From positions 736,001-800,000 of the forward strand of contig CAVSDR010000006.1 of NCBI GenBank assembly GCA_963726745.1: a stretch of 64,000 nt of DNA, read 5' to 3'. Below are positions 1 through 9,899 of this stretch, piece after piece (the first letter of the stretch is position 1; each line of letters opens with the position of its first letter). The notes under the pieces were generated by a model. That model worked only from the letters and a program-made list of their open reading frames with translations, was not told the DNA's origin and ran no database searches. The translations under genes were made by a program, and so were the position numbers. This stretch comes from an uncultured Verrucomicrobiae bacterium (GTDB lineage: Bacteria; Verrucomicrobiota; Verrucomicrobiia; Chthoniobacterales; UBA10450).

Positions 1-1
1 G

Positions 2-220
2 CCCGCCGTCGCCCGCGCCCAGCGCAGCACCCACACCACCCTCTTAGCCGACGAGATCCACCGCGCCGACATGATCGTAAAAGAGCGCCTCGACGGCCTC
101 ATCCTCCAGTTCCGGGAAACCAACCCGCAATTCGTCGCCAACTACCAGAACGCCCGCAAAATCATCGACACCGGCGCGCAACCGAAAGGCCCGGCAACGC
201 CCACGCCGCCTTCGCCGTGA
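2..220 (+). CDS. C-terminal part of a hypothetical protein (5' end outside window)
   Basis: Open frame from base 2 to TGA 218-220: ...LADEIHRADMIVKERLDGLILQFRETNPQFVANYQNARKIIDTGAQPK...; GC-rich third codon positions like host genes. Confidence 0.7.
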   Translation, partial: PAVARAQRSTHTTLLADEIHRADMIVKERLDGLILQFRETNPQFVANYQNARKIIDTGAQPKGPATPTPPSP

Positions 221-303
221 GGTGAGGGAGTAGGTAGGTCTAGGAGACAAAGTCTCAGCAATCTGCCGAGATTCTAGGACTGACCCCTAGCTTTACCTAT
301 AAA

Positions 304-570
304 CTAGACATCGGAACGGCCAGCCGTTCGCTGCATCGCTTGGTTAGGCCTTGGCGTTGCGTCGCCAGCAAATAAGGCAACGACGGCCCCGTGTCCATCG
401 CCCAAAGGCCAAGCCGTCTCCAAGCTGCTAATCAGGTGGACTGGCGAATCGCCGTCGACGCGAAAAGTGATGACGCGGTAGTAAAGCCAAGGGCGCCACT
501 TGGCGATGACCGTATAGCCGACGCGATCTCCTTCGATTGTGCGATCATCATCCACCCAGCGCGGTCTCAT
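304..570 (-). CDS. Cassette ORF, hypothetical (reads into the truncated attC)
   Basis: ATG 2 nt after GTTAGGC; 88-aa ORF whose tail is attC-derived. Confidence 0.5.
   Translation of the reverse strand: MRPRWVDDDRTIEGDRVGYTVIAKWRPWLYYRVITFRVDGDSPVHLISSLETAWPLGDGHGAVVALFAGDATPRPNQAMQRTAGRSDV
313..349 (-). repeat. Truncated terminal attC (R''/L'' half only)
   Basis: GGAACGGCCAGCCGTTCGCTGCATCGCTTGGTTAGGC matches one arm of the other attCs; the CTAACGAGAACAAGAT arm is missing. Confidence 0.75.
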
Positions 571-754
571 AAGCCTAACGAGAACAAGATGAGCGACGGC
601 GGACGAGAGCGCGCATCGCTCGCAGTGGAAGTGTGGAGGTCATCTCAAGTGTGAACGCACAGCGGTCCGCCGTTCGCTCCATCGCATGGTTAGATGGTTC
701 GGCGCGCGACTAATCAGGACGACAGGAGAACATGTCGCTGGTGATGGCGCAGAG

Positions 755-1441
755 TTAATAGTCGTCTTCGGGGTTCGGATACGTTGCTTCGGGATCCTCG
801 AGATGCTCGAGCCCTTCGAGGCCAGTGGCGGGCGAGGTCTGCGGCAGCTCCGGCGGTGCCTTGTCCTGTGGCAGCAACTCGATTAATTTCGCACCCCTCC
901 GAGTGATCTTGTATGACGGCGTGGACCCCGAGTAACCTGTAATCAGCATTCCGAACGAAACCAGCGTTTCGAGATCATCCTGCAGGAAACGGCCATTATC
1001 GCTCGACGAGTAAACATAGTTGTCCACCAACAGTTGGGTCGTGTCACCTGGCGGGATGAATAACATCCCCTGCTTAGAATTGGCTACCAAGCGCAATATC
1101 CCAACCGCGTCATCTGACAAGCCCTGTTGCGGCGCGACAGCGATTGTCAATTCGCTGAAGCCTTCCACGTGGCGCAGGATTTCGACGACCATCGTGTTCA
1201 CCTGGTCAAGCTTCGAAATGATTTCGGCGTGATCTTGCCGCAGCAACTCATCGACTTGCGTCTGCAGGTGATAGGTCTCCGTGACCAGTTCCTTTATCTC
1301 CTCGTGCCGATGGTATTCTAGCCACTCGATAAATTCGCGATGACTCAGATCCTTTCGCGTCCCCATTTCCTGGCGGAACATCCCGATTAGCTGCACCACT
1401 GTGGCAAAGCCAGTGGAGACTGTGAAGGGATCCGCTTTCAA
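755..1441 (-). CDS. Cassette ORF, ~228-aa hypothetical protein with possible C-terminal winged helix
   Basis: Long intact ORF filling the cassette; TTG start at 1441 is inferred (the ORF-track start lies inside the attC). Confidence 0.8.
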   Translation of the reverse strand: MKADPFTVSTGFATVVQLIGMFRQEMGTRKDLSHREFIEWLEYHRHEEIKELVTETYHLQTQVDELLRQDHAEIISKLDQVNTMVVEILRHVEGFSELTIAVAPQQGLSDDAVGILRLVANSKQGMLFIPPGDTTQLLVDNYVYSSSDNGRFLQDDLETLVSFGMLITGYSGSTPSYKITRRGAKLIELLPQDKAPPELPQTSPATGLEGLEHLEDPEATYPNPEDDY

Positions 1442-1563
1442 ACCATCTAACGAGAACAAGATGAGCGACGGCGGACGAGAGCGCGCGTCGCTTGGAGTGG
1501 AAGTGTGGAAGTCATCTCAAAGTGTGGACGCGGAGCGGTCCGCCGTTCGCTCCATCGGCTGGT

Positions 1564-1832
1564 TAGAGCCTTGGCGTCGTCATCGGAGCCTCCCCAACGC
1601 CATCTCGGTCGTTCCCCTTTCCAGAAGCACAGCGCGATCAAGAGCACGCTAAAAAAGATAACCGCCGCGTAAAAGCTGTGTGGATGCGCACGCTCGAACA
1701 ACAGTCCAGCGGAGGAGAGGAGCGCAAATGTAGAAAACCAGATGCGAGCACTCCCTGCCAACGTCTCGGCCATCCCCAGCCGTAGCCATAGCGCTTCGTC
1801 GGGAACCAAGCCTCGTCTTTCGGGAGCGGCAT
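1564..1832 (-). CDS. Cassette ORF, small membrane protein (frameshifted near 1745)
   Basis: MPLPKDEAWFPTKRYGYGWGWPRRWQG in one frame continues as ...VIFFSVLLIALCFWKGERPRWRWGG in another. Confidence 0.65.
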
Positions 1833-2485
1833 ACCTTTTAGGTCTAACGAGCACAAGATCAGCTGCCGCGAGCCCTCTGTGCATGCCACGCAGCATACGC
1901 TCCCGACGGCAGACACTCAAGCGTAAATCGCAGGCTTGCTCGCGGTCAGCTGCATCGCCTGGTTAGGCTGCTCGTCAACCGTATACATAAATCGCGATCA
2001 TCGCGACGCCGATACAGAAGAATATCAGTTCGGGTGCGTGCCGGAATAAGAAGCGATCGATCGTGGCGTCCGGGCCGGATCGATGGTAAAGCACGTTCAC
2101 GGTAGCGCCGAGCTTTAGTGCACGGAGCTCGTCGCAATTTGGGAGACGAAGCATATCGTTTGACCATCCGCGAGCTTGAAACGAGACACGTGGAGCAAAG
2201 GCAACGCCTTCGCCGTTATAATTGCGCGACGAGTTCGATGACCGTGCCGGCTGTCTTCACCCACCGGCGGTAAAGCGCCGCTTCGTGGCAAAAGGTCAAC
2301 GCGGACATGCAGCCGATCGATGACGCCGATGGCAAGATAGGCAGACTGCGCTGTCATGACGGCCTAACGAGAACAAGATGAGCGACGGCGGACGAGAGCG
2401 CGCGTCGCTCGGAGTGGAAGGGTGGAAGTCATCTCAAAAGTGGCGCGCAGAGCGGTCCGCCGTTCGCTCCATCGCATGGTTAGAT

Positions 2486-2834
2486 GGTTGGCGTGCACGG
2501 AGTAGTGGCTCTGTCACGCCGATCACGAAAGCGGCAAAGCTGATAATAAAGGCGCCGAGAGCCAGAAAAAGGAAAACTCCGCATGACCGTGAGCGCAGAT
2601 CGTTTGCAACCTGCGTGTGACGGAAGTGACGAGCCCAAGACCCGCAATACTCGGCGAAGCCAGCAGCACACAGCGACCAAAACCATGCGCAGCGCTGTAA
2701 GCGCAGCAATGCGAAGGAATACGGATGCAACTCGACGGCAGGCTGCCCGGACAAGATGTGCGAGGTAAACTGCGAGAGCCACGAGCAAAAGCGGCGAAGA
2801 TCGCAGCGAACAGAATCTCTTGCGCGCTTTCCAT
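2486..2834 (-). CDS. Cassette ORF, hydrophobic protein, apparently frameshifted
   Basis: ATG inside GTTAGATG; hydrophobic segments MESAQEILFAAIFAAF and FLFLALGAFIISFAAFVIG lie in different frames. Confidence 0.45.
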
Positions 2835-2949
2835 CTAACGAGAACAAGATGAGCGACGGCGGACGAGAGCGCGCGTCGCTCGGAGTGGAACGGTGGAAAT
2901 CATCTTCAATGTGAACGCACAACGGTCCGCCGTTCGCTCCATCGCCTGG

Positions 2950-3462
2950 TTAGGCGGTTCGCGCCGCATGCGAGTGAAGCTCTGATCTAAGGCGCTGAAA
3001 AAACGTCGGAATAAGCTCTCGATCAGGAGACTTCCATTTCCGTCGTTCTGCTCCCTCAACATATCTGGTCGCGGTCATCGGCACGACATAACGTCCGGCC
3101 CACTTCAGATATTCTTGCAGCCGTATCAGCAAGTCCAGCTCAGCGTCAGATACGGTGGTTACGCGACGCACATATTGGCTGAGGCCGTGACCACCATCCT
3201 CTCGGAGAGTTTGCCAATCAATCCCCTGTGCCACTGCCAATCCCTTGATCACGCCTTCGAAGGCGAGCGCGGTCAGAAGCATGAACGAATGCATAAACGC
3301 GAGTTGCTGCTCCCGAATCCCCGGAAGACTAGGATGCTGCGCTCGAGCTTCCATGAAGCGTGGAAAGATGACTTCGGCGGACATGAAGGCGCCCTCAGCC
3401 TGCTCCGACCACGCAAGCGAATCGCTTTCAACGATGCTGTAGATGGACGCTGGATCAGCCAC
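2950..3462 (-). CDS. Cassette ORF, 170-aa putative HEPN-like protein
   Basis: Intact ORF ending at the TAA of the attC R'' box; LAFEGVIKG...GHGL...WAGRY pattern recalls HEPN-fold proteins (recognised by eye). Confidence 0.75.
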   Translation of the reverse strand: MADPASIYSIVESDSLAWSEQAEGAFMSAEVIFPRFMEARAQHPSLPGIREQQLAFMHSFMLLTALAFEGVIKGLAVAQGIDWQTLREDGGHGLSQYVRRVTTVSDAELDLLIRLQEYLKWAGRYVVPMTATRYVEGAERRKWKSPDRELIPTFFQRLRSELHSHAARTA

Positions 3463-3596
3463 GACGCTTACCGCCTAACGACCCCAAGCTCAGCGACGGC
3501 GGAGGGACGGCGCGTCGGCTGCGCAAGCAGCCGGCGTGACGGCCCGGAGCAGTTCGCTGCAGCGCATGGTTCGGCAACGTTGGGTTCATTGGTGAC

Positions 3597-3926
3597 TCAC
3601 GGACCTGGGCCATAACGGTAGCCTGACATGGTGAGCACCGCACCGGCGACAACTGCGAGAAGCGCGAACAGAATGAAGCGGTAGAACGGATAGGTGTCTC
3701 TGCGAAAGAGTGCGACGCAGCCGAGAATGAATGTAATAGCTGCAAGCGGGAGCAAGACGACTCGGAAGAACATAGCTGCAATAAAGAAGACGTTCTGGCC
3801 GGATGCCGACGGTGGCAAAAGCACCGTCACGGCGATGACTCCGAATGGAATCGTGAGCATAGGCAACAACACGCAAAATGGCGCACGTCTCCGGCCGGAG
3901 CCTGAGTTAATCGTGGTTTCGGGCAT
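3597..3926 (-). CDS. Cassette ORF, 109-aa protein with three TM segments
   Basis: Intact ORF starting just after GTTCGGC; three hydrophobic stretches. Confidence 0.75.
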   Translation of the reverse strand: MPETTINSGSGRRRAPFCVLLPMLTIPFGVIAVTVLLPPSASGQNVFFIAAMFFRVVLLPLAAITFILGCVALFRRDTYPFYRFILFALLAVVAGAVLTMSGYRYGPGP

Positions 3927-4076
3927 ACGCGTGGCTAGTCGCCGAACGAGAACAAGATCAGCTACCCTCGGAGCACGGCGCGACGGCTGCTCCGGTAGGT
4001 TCTGCGGGCTTGCAGCAGCCGGCGTGACGTGCGGAGAGGGTTAGCTGCATCGCATGGTTAGGCGCTTTCGGGCGAT

Positions 4077-4616
4077 TCACTTCCTCTTGGTAGAAAGGCT
4101 CGCGAGACGGTCAGTCAGGCTAACAATTGCCTGAGCCATAAAGGGAGCGGCATCGCCACTCAGCATGCTGCTTATCTTGGTGGTTGCCTTTCCGGCTGCG
4201 GCGGCGTCTTGCGGAGGAGCACCGGCTGCTGTTGCGCCAGCAGCGATGATATATCCCCAAGGGTTTTTACCTTTTGCAGGTGTAACTGTAGACTGTGTCT
4301 TCCCCGCTTTTGCGGTAAATGAAACTAAGATGTGGTCGGCAGGACGCTTTTTGAATGGGCCCGCTTTATACAGGTGGGTTAGCGTAAATGTGCCAGTAAT
4401 AGTTCTTCCGTTTTTATCCGGATAGGCGTTCATAACCACGTTCTCTAAGCGAAGGTCATGATTCGCCCGCTTGAAGTCAAATTTTCCATCACCGGCCTTC
4501 TTCACCGTCCCGAGAGCGGGTGTTAAAGCAGTTGCCGCAATTGGTGTATCGGCGAGGCAAATGGATGCAAAAGCCAAAATGGCCGAGCAGGTAACAAATG
4601 TAGTGTATTTATTCAT
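4077..4616 (-). CDS. Cassette ORF, 179-aa secreted hypothetical protein
   Basis: Intact ORF; signal peptide MNKYTTFVTCSAILAFASICLA; visibly AT-richer than host genes. Confidence 0.85.
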   Translation of the reverse strand: MNKYTTFVTCSAILAFASICLADTPIAATALTPALGTVKKAGDGKFDFKRANHDLRLENVVMNAYPDKNGRTITGTFTLTHLYKAGPFKKRPADHILVSFTAKAGKTQSTVTPAKGKNPWGYIIAAGATAAGAPPQDAAAAGKATTKISSMLSGDAAPFMAQAIVSLTDRLASLSTKRK

Positions 4617-7600
4617 GATGTTGATGTTTGGATTGGTTATTGGTGTGTTCTATTAAGAGTGGGACGAGGAAGCGCCTAACGAGAACAAGATCAGCGACCG
4701 CGGGCGAGGGCGCGCGTCGCAAACACGAGAGGGGTTGGAATCATGGAAAGTGTGAACGCAGAGCGGCCCGCGGTTCGCTGCATCGCCTGGTTAGATGCGT
4801 TGCGTGGCATCGCTGACGATCATCGGTGAGTTCGCGCCTGCAACGAGTTGATCGCCGAAGCCGACTTTGGCGAGCTGCCTCGACTCGACCGGACATGACT
4901 CGATGCCTTCGACGACGACACGCAGTAGCCTGTCGCAATGTCTGTACGAATCGAGCTGCAGACTGCGACCTGCTGCCGAAGCGATCGCCGCTCGTCGGCG
5001 AGCCGGACGATAACATCAGTAGCGAGCGCGTCGATCGCCGCGACCGCGAACGCGAATGTGCGGCAGCATCCATCGTGCGCAGCGCGATCGTGACAGACTG
5101 CGGAGACGCTCGAGCAACGCTCGAGCAGTCGCAGCGAGCCGTCGATCATGCTGTCGAGCTGCAACGCACGCGCCAAATGCGCAAGCGATGCACGTGCAGT
5201 AGCGCATGCGTGAGCGCGATGAGCGATGCGCTCATGCAGCATCTAACGAGAACAAGATGAGCGACGGCGGACGAGGGCGCGCGTCGCTCGGAGTGGAAGG
5301 GTGGAAGTCATCTCAAAAGTGGAGCGCACAGCGGTCCGCCGTTCGCTCCATCGCATGGTTAGAGCCTTGCGTCGTGAGCGATCATGCATCGCGAACTTGC
5401 TGCGATCTCCGACGCAGCGTCGGAACAGCTAGCGTGTCCGCCAGACGTGCAGCACTGCCGCCAGATCGACGCTCGGCTCGAACGAGTCGAAACTCCGCGA
5501 CAATGCGCGAAGCTCGCGATGATCGAGCGAGCTCGATCTCGCGAATCGTGTGAACGCGCCGACGCACCGAGGGTTGCGCGATCGAAGCTCGACGCGGATC
5601 GCACGCGTGCGACTCGCGCGACGTGCCGCGTGATGCGCAGCGCGATGACTGAACGACGATCGTGCCGAGCAGACGCGAACGCAGCGACCGCTCGCACGAC
5701 GATGCGCGCGAACGCACGGCAGTGAACCGCGCGATCGCACGTCGATGACGCGAGCGCGTTCATAGGCCTAACGAGAACAAGATGAGCGACGGCGGACGAG
5801 GGCGCGCGTCGCTCGGAGTGGAAGTGTGGAAGTCATCTCAAAAGTGGAGCGCACAGCGGTCCGCCGTTCGCTCCATCGCATGGTTAGATGCTTGCGTGTG
5901 CACGCGATGCGCATGTCGAGAAGCTCATCGATCGGCGTCTGCATGACGATCCATGCGTCGAAGCATCTGCCGAATGCGCGGCGATGACGTGACGACAGCG
6001 CGATCGCTGGCGAGTCGCTGCGCACGACAGCGTGCGAGACATGCTCGGCGACGTGCGCGAGCATGAAGCGCACGCATGCCGGCATCCGTGAGCGCGATGC
6101 GCAGAGTCGACGCCGACTGCGCACTGCCGGTGCGACCGCACGATGCGAGCACTCGCGCGGCCAGCGAGATCGACTCGATGCCGCAGCGACGCGCAGCACA
6201 TACGTCGCAGCGCTGATCGGCGATGCGATACGAGTGCGCTCATACATCTAACGAGAACAAGATCAGCGACCGCGGGCGAGGGCGCGCGTCGCAAACACGA
6301 GAGGGGTTGGAATCATGGAAAGTGTGATCGCAGAGCGGCCCGCGGTTCGCTGCATCGCCTGGTTAGATGCTTAAGCGCGCCATCGAAAGAGTTCTGCGAT
6401 GACGATCCACTTCTTTTCTGAGGAAACCATAGCCGTAGCAATCGTGATACGCTGTGGACCGCAGAACATCAATGCCAAAAGTGTCGGTGTCGGGGTGCGT
6501 GACGAATGTCCCACTGACTTCGCGTCCAGATCGCGGACTGCTCAATCGCGGCGACGTATCGGAGCACAGTTGTGAGAGCCGAGCGACGATAAGCGCTGCG
6601 ATCGTCGCGATACTTCGTCCAGCGCAGCGATGACTGATGTCGCCGCGCGGAATATCGCGATGACGACGCATAGCAGCCGGCGAGAACTGAGCGAAGCAGT
6701 CCGAGCAGCAGGCGAGTCGCGATGCTCAGCGATCTAACGAGAACAAGATGAGCGACGGCGGACGAGGGCGCGCGTCGCTCGGAGTGGAAGTGTGGAAGTC
6801 ATCTCAAAAGTGGAGCGCAGAGCGGTCCGCCGTTCGCTCCATCGCATGGTTAGATGCTTGGGCGTCGCATCAGCGCGAGCTCATCGGCAGACGCGATCGA
6901 ATCGCCGCGAGCTCGCGACGTCATCGAGCAAGCGGCAGATCGCGAACGCAGACGCACGTCGCAGTCCGAAACTCGCCATGCGTGAAGCTCGCGAGATCGC
7001 CGTCGAGCGATCTGCTGCCGGCGAGATGCTCGAGCACGACGCATCGGCTGAAGCGCACGACTGTCGCGATCGATCGCATGCCGCATGCCGCAGCGACCGC
7101 TCGAGCGGCACGCTATCGATGAGCCGCACAGCGCATGCCGAGCGACGCCAGACGCAGCCGCGAATCGGCGACTGCGATGCGATAGGCTGCGAGCGCGCAT
7201 CAGCATCTAACGAGAACAAGATCAGCGACCGCGGGCGAGGGCGCGCGTCGCAAACACGGGTGGGGTTGGAAGTCATGGAAAGTGTGAACGCAGAGCGGCC
7301 CGCGGTTCGCTGCATCGCCTGGTTAGATGCTTGCGTGCGATCGCATTCGAGCACGATCCGCGATGCATCGCAGTCACCGAACTGCTGTGCCAACGGCGAT
7401 CCAGAATCGTGAATGCGCTCCGCGAACATGCGTCAGAGCCGCAACAGATGCTTCGCTGTCGAGACGACGCGCATCGCGACATCGACCGACTCGTCAGCGT
7501 GAGGCAGAGTGCCATCGAGACAGCCATCGTGGATCCGAGACGTGCGATCCGAGGCGTCGCACGAATCGCGAGCGTCGCGGTAGCTCAGCCGAACGAGCTG

Positions 7601-8888
7601 CCGCTGACGCCCGACTCGCAGATGTACCGCGATCGCGGCGCGCTCGACATGCGCTGCCACGCGCAGCGCATGCTGACGACGGACGAGCGTGATCGCAGCG
7701 ATGACGCATGAGCGTGCGCACAGCATCTAACGAGACCCAAGATCAGCGACCGCCGAGGGCGCGTATGGCTGCTGGTTGAAGGTGGAAGTCACGGAAAGTA
7801 GGAACGCGGAGCGGTGGCGGTTCGCTGCATCGCATGGTTAGGTGCGAGCGTGGCCTCGCCACCAGCGTGGCACGTGACCGCCCGCAGTGAACGCATCCTG
7901 TCGGCAAAAGAGCCAGCAACCTGAAGCCGAACGTCGACTGACGCTCCCCTGCTCTGCTCCCGTGCGCGTCGCCATCGTCCTGCGCTTTCTGCAAAATGCT
8001 GTTCGCTCGGCGAGCCACTGCACCGCTCGACGTCCGCCCGGAGAAATTAGCCAGCAACTTCATCGCGACGGTCTCAGCACCTAACGAGAACAAGATCAGC
8101 GACCGCGGGCGAGGGCGCGCGTCGCAAGCACGTGGAGGGGTGGAAGTCATGGAAAGTGTGAACGCAGAGCGGCCCGCGGTTCGCTGCATCGCCTGGTTAG
8201 GCCTATTCGCGTGACTTAGCAGAAGCGCGAGTGATAATGTGACGTTGCAGCCCTCGCGACTCGCGTGCCGCACCAGCCTGAGAATAGTTGTAATCGCCCG
8301 CGTCGTAGCCTCGATTCGGATGCTCGGCATAGCTCTGTCAAGCCTGGACAAACAGCCTCTCGCTCGATCCTGGTTGACCAGATGTCACTACGCGGTGGCC
8401 ATCAGTAGCGCTGTGGCGCAGCCACGTCTCATCGGCCACGCGCCTAATCTTCCGACAAAAGCGTCCACCAGAAGCGCCATCCGGTAGCGTCTGAAAGACG
8501 GTAGCGCAGAAAGATCTTCTCGGGCGCTACTGGATCGACAAGAAAGTGAGAGGCCAAGACGGGTTGAGAGAAGAAGTCGGCGATTCCGCGGAGTAGCGCG
8601 CACGTTGCAGCGGCGCACGCTGTCGGCTAGTGCGCTGCCGGGAATCGGAAGCTAGCGAGGATGACGAATCCAACGCTTGCTGCCTCGCAGCGTCTTCGAC
8701 CGTGCCGCCGAGCTGCCGAGATCAGAATGACGGAAAGGAAAAATAACGCGAGCATGATGTTCGCATCCAGGCCTAACGAGACACAAGATCAGCGACCGCT
8801 GGCGAGGGCGCGCGTGGCTGCAGGTGGAATGTGGAAGTCATCGAAAGCTAGAACGCGGAGCGGCCAGCGGTTCGCTGCATCGCCTGGT

Positions 8889-9265
8889 TAGGCGTTGGTG
8901 TGGGATCGAAGGAGTCTCTCGTCGTCCCCGGGTAATACTTCAGCAAGAGGTCGTGAACGCGAAAGAATGAACCGAAAGCAGCGAGTAGTGATACAGCAAG
9001 TTTCCATGAGACGGTGGCGATGCAGAAACCTGCAGCAGCGCCAAGCAGAAGCCCAATATGAAAACCGTGCTCGGCGGAGCGGGACTCTGAAGCAATGTCG
9101 CCCAGGCCGCGAATCATGCGAGGGATCGCGCAGAGGATGCCGACGAGAACGAGGCCGTAGACAACACTTAGGGCGATGGCGACCTTCCGATTGGCTTTTG
9201 TCTGGCGGCAGATGCGCTCGACGAACTCATCGTCGGTGAGTGTGCGGCGGCGAAAACTGGAGCAT
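8889..9265 (-). CDS. First cassette ORF, membrane protein (frameshift in a T run near the start)
   Basis: ATG 9265 (MLQF) then, in a shifted frame, RRRTLTDDEFVERICRQTKANRKVAIALSVVYGLVLVG...GLLLGAAAGFCIATVSWKL. Confidence 0.6.
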
Positions 9266-9280
9266 GACGTGTCGGCAGAC

Positions 9281-9350
9281 GCCTAACGAGAATTAGACGA
9301 AGGTTCGTCTTTAAAGGCGAACATTTTTTCGCCTATCAAACTTTTGGGGA
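9281..9350 (-). other. Putative attI site with possible Pc promoter
   Basis: - strand GTCTAAT-TCTC-GTTAGGC (L box, spacer, R box) with no attC stem; AT-rich context; TTGATA-N18-TTTAAA upstream. Confidence 0.65.
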
Positions 9351-9360
9351 CTTCGAGTGA

Positions 9361-9714
9361 TCACTTTGCCGGGCGCTTGAAGATGGCGGCGCCTTCGCCG
9401 AGGGAGCAGAGTTCCCAGCCGGCGCGGCCTTGTTCGTTGAGGTAGGCTTCGAGGCGCGGGGCGTAGGCGTCGTAGAGGATCTTTTGCAGGTCGGCGGCGA
9501 TGGAGTAGAGGTCTTCGTGTTCCGCCGCCGGCGTGGGGGTGGGTGGCGGTTTTGGCTCGGGTGTTTTCTCGGGCGGCTCGCTCCTCCAGGCCTGGATGAG
9601 AGGGGCGAGGGAGACGACTTTGTATTCCCATTTCGTGGCCTGCGCGTGCGCCGGGCGCGGCGGCAAAAGCAGGGCGAGGGAGATGGCCAGGAGGAGGTTC
9701 GTTTTCCGGATCAT
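9361..9714 (-). CDS. Secreted DUF4177-like protein
   Basis: Signal peptide ending AHA; KWEYKVV...LNEQGRAGWEL...AIFKRP motifs. Confidence 0.75.
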   Translation of the reverse strand: MIRKTNLLLAISLALLLPPRPAHAQATKWEYKVVSLAPLIQAWRSEPPEKTPEPKPPPTPTPAAEHEDLYSIAADLQKILYDAYAPRLEAYLNEQGRAGWELCSLGEGAAIFKRPAK

Positions 9715-9899
9715 CGGCGCGGAGGAAGGGGGTTTCTCGGCTTGGCTCCGGAGCTGGCGCCGTGGCGATTTCAGCCAAGGGGCGAGCGCCGGATGGACAC
9801 CGTTATAGGCACTCGGTCGGTCGGCGGCAACCGGGAAGGTGGATCCCTTCCCGCAAGGTTCCAGCAAAGCCGCCACCAAGAATCGTAAGTGGCTCGGGT

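Larger units (their letters stand above)
573..8893 (-). repeat. 16 attC recombination sites
   Basis: Sites at 573-695, 1445-1568, 1842-1968, 2362-2485, 2833-2955, 3473-3575, 3941-4063, 4674-4796, 5241-5364, 5766-5889, 6246-6368, 6732-6855, 7205-7328, 7725-7843, 8079-8202, 8771-8893. Arms GATGAGCGACGGCGGAC/GTCCGCCGTTCGCTCCATC (family A) or GATCAGCGACCGCGGGC/GCCCGCGGTTCGCTGCATC (family B) pair with two unpaired bases. Confidence 0.92.
313..9350 (-). mobile_element. Integron gene-cassette array (17 cassette slots) with attI-like site and no adjacent intI (CALIN-like)
   Basis: Regularly spaced imperfect palindromes with RYYYAAC...GTTRRRY ends on the - strand, separated by 0.23-0.75 kb segments whose ORFs run on the - strand and often start a few nt after GTTAGRY. 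Confidence 0.93.

Noticed and set aside
4741..7726. Many overlapping Arg/Ala/Ser-rich ORFs in the central cassettes
   Set aside because: They arise from stop-poor scrambled sequence, with no protein-like composition or consistent frame
391..8891. Recurrent ORFs containing MSDGGRERASLGVE or PNQAMQRTAGRSAF
   Set aside because: These are translations of the attC repeats, not a protein family
573..8893. CRISPR array interpretation of the regular repeats
   Set aside because: Repeats are ~120 bp with attC boxes, spacers are 230-750 bp and often gene-bearing, and no cas genes are present
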